From Vicinamibacterales bacterium (GTDB lineage: Bacteria > Acidobacteriota > Vicinamibacteria > Vicinamibacterales > UBA8438): DNA of 64,000 nucleotides. The translations under genes were made by a program, and so were the position numbers. The notes under the pieces were generated by a model, which was not told the DNA's origin, ran no database searches, and was given only the letters and a program-made list of their open reading frames with translations. Positions 38,030 to 44,780 of this stretch are shown in pieces (position 1 is the stretch's first letter; the number at the start of each line of letters is the position of its first letter). The stretch spans positions 6,128,043-6,192,042 of the forward strand of contig OZ252227.1 of NCBI GenBank assembly GCA_965249175.1. Reading direction: 5' to 3'.

Positions 38030-38551
38030 ATGGGCATCTTCAATTTCAAGAACTCGCCGCCGCCGCCACCGCCGGACGCCGACCCGGCCGCGGCGCCAGC
38101 AACGGCCGACCCCGCGCCGGTCGCTCCGATTCCGCCCGCCGCTCCATCGATCGACACGAGCGCCCTCGCCGGCGACCCGAGTCCGGAGGCCGGCCCTCCC
38201 GCGTCCACGGCCGGACCGCCGATCGAGTCGGACCCGCTGAAGATGCTCGAGCTCAAGCCGAAGATCGTGGAGCAGCTGGCGACCGTCTTCGACCCGGAGA
38301 TTCCCGTCAACATCTACGAGCTCGGCCTGATCTACGACGTCGCCGTGGACAAGGGCGGGTTAGCTGTGATCCAGATGACGCTGACGGCGCCGGGGTGCCC
38401 GGCGGCTGTCACGCTCCCCGCCGAGGTGCAGGGCAAGGTGAAGGCGATCGACGGCGTGAGCGACGCTCGGGTCGACCTCGTATGGGAGCCGCCCTGGGAC
38501 AAGGATCGGATGTCAGAGGCGGCGAAGCTGCAGTTGGGGATTTTCGACTAG
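38030..38551 (+). CDS. DUF59 / SufT-like Fe-S assembly protein with a Pro/Ala-rich N-terminal extension
   Basis: C-terminal DUF59 core (VFDPEIPVNIYELGLIYD...TLTAPGCPAA...). The first ~75 aa are low-complexity P/A-rich. Confidence 0.8.
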   Translation: MGIFNFKNSPPPPPPDADPAAAPATADPAPVAPIPPAAPSIDTSALAGDPSPEAGPPASTAGPPIESDPLKMLELKPKIVEQLATVFDPEIPVNIYELGLIYDVAVDKGGLAVIQMTLTAPGCPAAVTLPAEVQGKVKAIDGVSDARVDLVWEPPWDKDRMSEAAKLQLGIFD

Positions 38552-38582
38552 GCCGCGAGTCGCCTAAGACCCAGTAGGCCCT

Positions 38583-39272
38583 TCACGCGGTCACATCCGC
38601 CGCCGCGACGATCTTGTTTCGACCCGACTGCTTGGCCTCCAGGAGTGCGCGGTTCGCCGCGGCGACCAGCTCGAGCTCTTCCCAGTTGGAATCGACCGCC
38701 GGTGTCGCGCTGGCGACGCCGACGCTGACCGTCAGCCGCTTCGCGGTCGGGGAGTCCGGATGCTCGATGTCGAGCCCGTCGACCGCCGCGCAGACCTTGT
38801 GGGCGACGCGGTAGGCGCCCTGCTCGTCGGTCCGCGAGAGGACCAGCGCAAACTCCTCACCGCCGTATCGGGCGACGATATCGCCAGGTCGGCGGACCAC
38901 ACCCTTGAGCGCCCCACCGACCTTGGCAAGGGCGGAATCGCCGGCCTGATGTCCAAGGCGGTCGTTGTAGTCGCTGAAGTGATCGAGGTCGATCATGATG
39001 ACCGAGAGAGACGAGGTTTCCCGCAAGGCGCGTCGCCACTCGTTGCGGAGAAACTCCTGGAAATGACTGTGGTTGGTCACCCGGGTCAACGAGTCGATGC
39101 CGGCGAGCCGGTGGAGCGTCTGGGTCGCCTCCTCCAGCTCGGTCGCGCGATGTTCGAGTTGTTTTTGGAGCGCCTTGACCGTCGCCGCGTGCGACTTCTC
39201 TCGCGCGAAGTGATACACGCCGATCCCCGCCAGCGCCAGGATGACGAGCCCGATCGCGACGAGGGCTTCCAT
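38583..39272 (-). CDS. Diguanylate cyclase (GGDEF) with a single N-terminal TM and coiled coil
   Basis: From ATG 39272 (MEALVAIGLVILALAGIGVY). RxxD I-site RPGD, then RYGGEEFALVL. The rest of ORF 38583..40052 is antisense to thrB. Confidence 0.88.
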   Translation of the reverse strand: MEALVAIGLVILALAGIGVYHFAREKSHAATVKALQKQLEHRATELEEATQTLHRLAGIDSLTRVTNHSHFQEFLRNEWRRALRETSSLSVIMIDLDHFSDYNDRLGHQAGDSALAKVGGALKGVVRRPGDIVARYGGEEFALVLSRTDEQGAYRVAHKVCAAVDGLDIEHPDSPTAKRLTVSVGVASATPAVDSNWEELELVAAANRALLEAKQSGRNKIVAAADVTA

Positions 39273-39501
39273 GCATGCAAATTCTCGCACACCGGTGCCC
39301 CACTGGCCAGCACGCGGCCGCTTCTCGGCCGATCGCAACACCGCGTGCTTGTCGTTGCAGCGAAAGGAGATAGCGCACGAGCCGTGTTCCTCGTGGGGCG
39401 GCGGGGCGGCGCAACAAACCGGGCAGATCTGTGCACGCCCGTCGACCATCGATCGCAACCGTGCGACGCTGTGACGCCCACCTCCGTGATACTCATGGAC
39501 C

Positions 39502-40440
39502 ATGCCTGCGCGTGTCCGTGTGTTCGCCCCGGCCACGGCCTCCAACCTCGGCCCGGGATTCGACGTGCTCGGTCTGGCACTGACCAGGCCGGGTGACGTG
39601 GTGGAGGCCGAGCGACGTTCGCAGCCCGGTGTGGAGATTGCCGAGGTGACCGGTGCATCCTCGTTGAGCACGGATCCGGCGACCAACGTCGTCGGTATCG
39701 CCGCGACCGCGGCGCTTGAACGACTTGGACTCCCGGACGCGGGAGTCCGCCTTCGGTTGCACAAGCAGATGCCGCTGGGCAGTGGTCTGGGGAGCTCGGC
39801 GGCCAGCAGCGTGGGCGGCGCCGTGGCGGTCAATGCGCTGTTTGGCGAGAAGCTGTCCGCGCCCGCGCTCGTCGAATGTGCGTTACGCGGCGAGGCGGCC
39901 GTCTCCGGCACTGCCCACGCCGATAACGTCGCGCCGGGAGTGCTCGGCGGCATCGTCCTGATCCGCGCAGTTGACCCGCTGGACCTCGTCGCGCTCCCCG
40001 TGCCGGCCGATTTGCGCGTCGTGGTCGTGCACCCGCACAGCGAGGTGCTCACAGCGGACGCGCGGCGACGGATCGCCGATCATCGGTTCACGATCGGGCA
40101 GACCGTGGCCAACCTGGGCAACCTCGCCGCGCTCGTCAGCGCGCTATACCGAGGCGACCTCCCGTTGCTCGGGCGCAGCATCTCCGATGCGCTCGTCGAA
40201 CCGATTCGCGCCCCGCTCGTGCCGGGATTCCACCAGGTGCAGGATGCTGCGCGTGATGCTGGCGCGCTCGGCTGCTCGATCTCCGGCTCCGGGCCGAGCG
40301 TGTTTGCCTTCACCGACGGGGACGACGCGGCGGCGGCGGCGGCGGACGCCATGCAGGCCGCGTTCAGGGAGGCGGGTCTCGAAAGCGAAAGCTACGTCGG
40401 GCCGGTCGAGGCACGCGGTGCCCGTGTGGTGTCATCTTAG
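39502..40440 (+). CDS. thrB: Homoserine kinase
   Basis: VFAPATASNLGPGFDVLG and PLGSGLGSSAAS GHMP-kinase motifs; 312 aa. Confidence 0.9.
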   Translation: MPARVRVFAPATASNLGPGFDVLGLALTRPGDVVEAERRSQPGVEIAEVTGASSLSTDPATNVVGIAATAALERLGLPDAGVRLRLHKQMPLGSGLGSSAASSVGGAVAVNALFGEKLSAPALVECALRGEAAVSGTAHADNVAPGVLGGIVLIRAVDPLDLVALPVPADLRVVVVHPHSEVLTADARRRIADHRFTIGQTVANLGNLAALVSALYRGDLPLLGRSISDALVEPIRAPLVPGFHQVQDAARDAGALGCSISGSGPSVFAFTDGDDAAAAAADAMQAAFREAGLESESYVGPVEARGARVVSS

Positions 40441-40526
40441 ACGGGGCTGCGCCCTGAACCCCCGCGGCCGCTCCGCGGGGACCCCGAGAGCCCCACTCCG
40501 CGTCCGCGAGGCGCGCGGTGCGCGCC
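40440..40526 (+). repeat. 87-bp structured intergenic repeat, copy A
   Basis: GACGGGGCTGCGCCCTGAACCCCCGCGGCCGCTCCGCGGGGACCCCGAGAGCCCCACTCCGCG...GCGCGCGGTGCGCGCC. Internal hairpin CCCCGCGG-N5-CCGCGGGG (40460-40480) and GCGCGC-GGT-GCGCGC. Confidence 0.8.
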
Positions 40527-40556
40527 TTGGCCGCAGTCCTGCTCTCGGCCTCCCGT

Positions 40557-40594
40557 GACGGGGCTGCGCCCCGAACCCCCGCGGGCGCGTGCGC
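40557..40594 (+). repeat. Truncated copy B of the same repeat (5' ~33 nt)
   Basis: GACGGGGCTGCGCCCCGAACCCCCGCGGGCGC, then diverges. Confidence 0.7.
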
Positions 40595-41172
40595 TATTCA
40601 CCGGTGGCGCCGGCTGGAGCCGGCGCCGGTGGCGGGGTGACCGGCGATGCGGCCGCCGGTATGACAAACCACGCGATGAGATACGCGATCACACCGCAGA
40701 TGATCAAGCCCGGAAAGATCGAGAGGATAACCCAGAGCAGCCGGATGACCGTGGCGTCAACGGCGAAGTGCTCGGCGATCCCTCCGCAGACGCCGGCGAG
40801 CTTCGCGTCCGTCGAGGAGCGCTGCATCCTCCGCCGCGTCGCGTGGGCGACGTTGGCGTCGGCATCAGCATCCTCAGTACCGGGTTCCGCGTCCGGGACA
40901 ATCAGCCACGCCACGAGGTAGGCAAGCACACCAAGAAAGATCGTCCCGGGGACGATGGACAGCACGACCCAGGCCACGCGCACCAAGACCGGGTCCACCG
41001 TGAAGTAACGGGCTATCCCGCCACAGACACCGGCGAGCTGCCGGTCGACCTGCGAGCGGCGCAAGGGGGCTCGTTGCGCGCCCCGAGGCGGCGCCGGTTG
41101 CTGGCTAGCGCCACAGTAATGGCAGAAAGCCGCATCCTCGACGATCTCACGCCCGCAGCGAACACACATCAT
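40594..41172 (-). CDS. PspC-domain membrane protein: N-terminal zinc ribbon plus two tandem PspC domains
   Basis: MMCVRCGREIVEDAAFCHYCG. Then two copies of LAGVCGGIA.YF.VD...R..WV.LS. PspC modules, each followed by a TM. Confidence 0.8.
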   Translation of the reverse strand: MMCVRCGREIVEDAAFCHYCGASQQPAPPRGAQRAPLRRSQVDRQLAGVCGGIARYFTVDPVLVRVAWVVLSIVPGTIFLGVLAYLVAWLIVPDAEPGTEDADADANVAHATRRRMQRSSTDAKLAGVCGGIAEHFAVDATVIRLLWVILSIFPGLIICGVIAYLIAWFVIPAAASPVTPPPAPAPAGATGE

Positions 41173-41266
41173 GCTGAATCCCTCTCATTCTCACATACGA
41201 AGACCGATGCTCGGTCGGTTCCACTCGCTGTCTTGACTTACCGGGACGCGCGCGACGAGTCACCAT

Positions 41267-43036
41267 CTAAGGATGCTCCTGCCAGCCGGTGAGGATGTGA
41301 AGTGCCTCGACGCGCGCGGCGGGCTCCAGCATCACGAATCGCGAGCCGTCGAGATCCACGTCATACGCGGGGAGGACGGCGCTGGCATCAGTGACGAACG
41401 GACCGTCGAACAGGTGCCGGGGCTGGCTGAAGTATGGCGGGCTCTCGCGCACGGTGACGGCGTGCAGCGCGCGACCGCGCCGATAGAACAGCTCCGTGCC
41501 GTCCCGACTCCACACCGGCTCACTCCCGCCGTTCGGTGACACGCGGTGGGGGCTGTCGTCGCGTGTGGTGTCCGTCCCACGCACGTACACCTGGTCGCCG
41601 TCCGCATCCTCATCCTCACCGTCCGACACGTAGGCCAGCCAGAGACCGGATGGGCCAAACGCCGGCGCCCGTTCGTTGGCGTCGGTCGCGAGGAGCACCG
41701 CCGGCGCCGCCCCGTCGCCTTCTGTCCAGGTCCAGATGTCGCGGCCCCGTGCCGGATGGGTCTCGTGAAACGCGAGCGTGCGGCCACCGCGTGACCACGA
41801 TCCAGGCGTGCGTGCATCTCCCGCGACGAGCATCTCCGGCGCGCCCCCGCCGTCCGTACGCTGACGAAAGATGCGCTGCGGTCCGTGGCGGCTCGACGCA
41901 AAACTCACCGTCGCGCCGTCCGCCGACCAGACAGGAGAGTGGTTGTCGCCGGCCTGCGCGGTGAGCTGCTGGCGCGAGCCCGTGGCAACGTCGAAGGACC
42001 AGATATCGCGGCGGAGGAACTCGGCCCGAATCGAGACCGCGATGCGGGCGCCGTCTGGCGAGATCCGGGGCGTCGCGTGTGGCGCAGTGACGGCATCGGC
42101 TCGCGTCGCTACGCCGTGGCGGTCCACCCACACGAGCCGATTGTCCGCGGCCGGCTCGAACAGCGGTGTGAAGACGAGCGTGCCACCGCGGGCGGCGGCG
42201 AGACCCGACCGGCCGAGCCCGCCGTAGCCGGCCGCGTTGCTTGCGGCTCCATGCACGACGGGACGCGGCGACCGCGCGGATGCAGGATCCCTCGGGTCGA
42301 GGGTGGTCGTAAAGACTTCACCGCGACGGGTGAAGACCAGGCGCCCCGACTCGAGATAGTGCCCGCCGCCATCGGCGAGCGAGAGCGGGTGCTGCTCGCC
42401 GCTCTCGAGGTCAAGCAGCGTCAGTCTGGGGTCGCGGCCTTCGCGGCCGACGGTGAAGATCGCGTGGCGCGCGTCCACGTAGTGTGGCCAACCGTGCGCC
42501 GTCTCTCCCGCGTCGCGATCCGGTTTCGTGACCGGCACCGGGACGCCCCCGGACGCGGCGACCCGATACAGGCCGGTCGCGGGCGGGCCGGCGAAGAGAA
42601 TGTTGCCCGTTGGTCCCCACGACCCGCCGGCGCTGTGGCCAGGCACGCGGCAGACCGTGACCGGAGCGGTCGCTGCGCTGGTTGTGTCCAACGTGACTGT
42701 CTTGAGGAATCCCCCGGCGAAGAACCCGATCGCGGCGCCGTCGGGCGCGAAGAACGGTTGCGTCGCTCCGTCCGTGCCCGGCAGTGTCAGCGTGTCGAAC
42801 CGATCGAGCGGTCGTACGAACAGCCCCGCGCGTCCGTCCACCACCGCGGTATACGCCAGCCGGTTCCCGTCGGGAGACACCGCCACGTCGAGCGCGGCGT
42901 GGCCGTGGGGGAGGTCGATCGAGAGCGCGCGCGTCGGCACGGAGACGGGCGGCGCCGGTGTTCGCACGACGAGTGTGGCGATCGCGCCGCCACTTGCTGC
43001 GGCGACCAGCGCGACCAGCACCACTCGCACGCGCAT
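41267..43036 (-). CDS. Secreted PD40/TolB-like beta-propeller repeat protein
   Basis: Signal MRVRVVLVALVAAASGGAIA. Repeated SPDG..LAY / WS.DG...F motifs. Confidence 0.8.
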   Translation of the reverse strand: MRVRVVLVALVAAASGGAIATLVVRTPAPPVSVPTRALSIDLPHGHAALDVAVSPDGNRLAYTAVVDGRAGLFVRPLDRFDTLTLPGTDGATQPFFAPDGAAIGFFAGGFLKTVTLDTTSAATAPVTVCRVPGHSAGGSWGPTGNILFAGPPATGLYRVAASGGVPVPVTKPDRDAGETAHGWPHYVDARHAIFTVGREGRDPRLTLLDLESGEQHPLSLADGGGHYLESGRLVFTRRGEVFTTTLDPRDPASARSPRPVVHGAASNAAGYGGLGRSGLAAARGGTLVFTPLFEPAADNRLVWVDRHGVATRADAVTAPHATPRISPDGARIAVSIRAEFLRRDIWSFDVATGSRQQLTAQAGDNHSPVWSADGATVSFASSRHGPQRIFRQRTDGGGAPEMLVAGDARTPGSWSRGGRTLAFHETHPARGRDIWTWTEGDGAAPAVLLATDANERAPAFGPSGLWLAYVSDGEDEDADGDQVYVRGTDTTRDDSPHRVSPNGGSEPVWSRDGTELFYRRGRALHAVTVRESPPYFSQPRHLFDGPFVTDASAVLPAYDVDLDGSRFVMLEPAARVEALHILTGWQEHP

Positions 43037-44116
43037 TTATCTGACGGGGCTTCGCCCCGAACCCCCGCGGGCGCTCCGCGGGGACCCCGAGAGCCCCACT
43101 CCGCGCCCGCGCGGCGCGCCGTGCGCGCCGTCCCCCGCCGAATATCGCTCGTGTGCGCGACCGAGCTCGGTCGCGATCCGACTGACCAGCGACGTCGGCG
43201 AGCGCACGAGCACGGCTGGCCCGTAGCTCAGGATCCAGCTGCGCAGCGCGCCGTCGTCGCAGACGTCGAGCGTCATCAGGACGGACCCGTCCGCTCCGGC
43301 GGTCAGGGTCTGCGAGGGGTGCCACACGCGTTCCTGCACGTACGGCGCGACCTCCGCCGCGAACTCGAGCTCGATGTGCTCCGGGTCGCCCTGATGGATC
43401 CCGAGTGAGTGCGGGAACGCGGCATCGGTGAGGTCTTCGATCGGCAGAAACGTCTCGCTGAGCGGCGTGAGCTCCCGGATGCGCTCGACGGCAAACGTCC
43501 GGACCTGCCGGTACTGCGCCACATAGGCGAACAAGTAGAGACCCCCTTGTGCGTACACCAGACGATAGGGATCAAGCCGATACCGCTTCTCACGGCGGCT
43601 CGAGAGCGAATGGTAGCGTGCGTCGACCCGTCGCTGGTGCAGGATAGCGTCGAGCAGCCGGCCGATCGTCGCGCGCTGCCGCCCCTCGTCGCGCGCCCGC
43701 ATCGGTTCGCGCTTTGCCTGGATCACCTCGGGCAGGCGATCGAGGAACTGCCGCGTGCGCGGCCCGAGCGCCGTCTCGAGCTTGTGAAACGCGCTTCGCA
43801 CATCCTGCGCAAACGGAGTCGCCGCAAGACACTCGACGAGCGTGCGGCTGAAGTACAGCGCGGACAGCTCGGCCAGCGTGAACCCGGTCTCGTCCAGGCG
43901 CCGAAACGGTCGCGCCTCGAGCTTCCAGACCTTCGCGCCTTCGCCAGGCTCGTCGTACAGCGGGAACCCCGCATCCTGCAGCGCGTCGAGGTCCCGCCGG
44001 ATCGTGCGGGTGGTCACGCCGGTCGCCGCCGACAGGTGCCGGATCGTGGTGCCATGGGAGGACTCAATCTCGCGCAGGATGCTCCACTGTCTGATCACCT
44101 CGGCGTTACGCGGCAT
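43037..44116 (-). CDS. HTH-WYL-WCX transcriptional regulator (PafB/PafC-like)
   Basis: From ATG 44116 (MPRNAEVIRQWSILREIE). HTH TIRHLSAATGVTTRTIRRDLDAL. WYL domain YRLDPYRLVYAQGGLYLFAY. WCX-like C-terminus. The last ~30 codons are encoded by repeat copy C. Confidence 0.85.
   Translation of the reverse strand: MPRNAEVIRQWSILREIESSHGTTIRHLSAATGVTTRTIRRDLDALQDAGFPLYDEPGEGAKVWKLEARPFRRLDETGFTLAELSALYFSRTLVECLAATPFAQDVRSAFHKLETALGPRTRQFLDRLPEVIQAKREPMRARDEGRQRATIGRLLDAILHQRRVDARYHSLSSRREKRYRLDPYRLVYAQGGLYLFAYVAQYRQVRTFAVERIRELTPLSETFLPIEDLTDAAFPHSLGIHQGDPEHIELEFAAEVAPYVQERVWHPSQTLTAGADGSVLMTLDVCDDGALRSWILSYGPAVLVRSPTSLVSRIATELGRAHERYSAGDGAHGAPRGRGVGLSGSPRSARGGSGRSPVR
43043..43129 (+). repeat. 87-bp structured repeat, copy C
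   Basis: Near-identical to copy A over ~85 nt. It lies between the PD40 gene start and the WYL gene body and forms the WYL ORF 3' end. Confidence 0.8.
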
Positions 44117-44172
44117 GGCGGTGGTGGAACCCCGAACAGGGTATACCCGTCCCAACAGTAGAGGGTCCGCGA

Positions 44173-44199
44173 CGGGTGTGACCTACCCTGTCACACCCG
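44173..44199. promoter_or_regulatory. Perfect 10-bp inverted repeat (candidate WYL-regulator operator)
   Basis: CGGGTGTGAC-N7-GTCACACCCG. A second palindrome, GGGTATACCC, lies at 44139-44148. Confidence 0.45.
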
Positions 44200-44210
44200 G
44201 GGCTTAGGGT
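44189..44210 (+). promoter_or_regulatory. PafBC/RecA-NDp-like promoter (TGTCR-N11-TAnnnT)
   Basis: TGTCACAC (44189-44196), 8 nt, TAGGGT (44205-44210). The ATG at 44216 is 6 nt downstream of the -10 element, implying a leaderless transcript. Confidence 0.45.
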
Positions 44211-44215
44211 GAGTC

Positions 44216-44653
44216 ATGGCTCAATACCAGGACGCAACGGCTCGACAGTTGGGGTTCCCCTACGACGATCCAGATTCACGGCAGCGCCCGGAGGCGGCGC
44301 CCGGTGCACCGTCGCGGTCCCGCCCCGGACCGCGCCGGTTGTGCGCCGTGTGCGGTCGTGTCCCCGCGCAACTGACGCTCGATCTGGCCCGCAGGCGTCT
44401 GCCGGCTCGGGTGTGCCTCAGATGCCACCACTCGGTGATGCGGCAGCGACGCATGCTCCGCGCGACGCTCGGTGGCCCTGGCGATGACAGGAACACCGGA
44501 CCCGTGTGCGGTGAGGGCGTCGGTGCGACCGGCCTCATCGTCCCGCGCCAAAGCGGCCTCAGCGGCGACCGCAAATACCGACGACTGGCCCAGTCGCGGC
44601 GTCGCGCCCAAAAGGCGGCCCGCCACGCCCTCGAGGATCCCGTGTTGCCCTAG
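44216..44653 (+). CDS. Small basic hypothetical protein with CxxC...CxxC zinc-ribbon-like motif
   Basis: 145 aa. LCAVCGRV...VCLRCHH. The only sizeable sense ORF between the promoter and addB. No family recognised. Confidence 0.4.
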   Translation: MAQYQDATARQLGFPYDDPDSRQRPEAAPGAPSRSRPGPRRLCAVCGRVPAQLTLDLARRRLPARVCLRCHHSVMRQRRMLRATLGGPGDDRNTGPVCGEGVGATGLIVPRQSGLSGDRKYRRLAQSRRRAQKAARHALEDPVLP

Positions 44654-44780
44654 CTGCAAGACCCAGCAGTGAACTCTGGGTTTAGTCTGGTCGGCGATCG
44701 ATCGCCCCGTGCTACGATTCGGATGACTGGCGGCGTGGCGCCGCCGGAACGGAGACCCCGGCACGGAGGCTTCGGGGAGC

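Noticed and set aside
39331-39460. Direct repeat GATCGCAAC(A/C)C about 120 nt apart in the GGDEF/thrB divergent region, considered as a regulator-binding pair.
   Set aside because: The match is only about 10 nt, with no dyad symmetry or known motif, which is compatible with chance in a GC-rich region.
38583-40052. 489-aa ORF taken as a long GGDEF protein.
   Set aside because: The first 260 codons are antisense to thrB and low-complexity. The TM helix, coiled coil and GGDEF domain begin at ATG 39272.
44693-44706. GGCGATCGATCGCC as a HIP1-like dispersed palindrome family.
   Set aside because: I found only one occurrence in the window, which is not enough to call a family. It is noted only as part of the addB leader structure.
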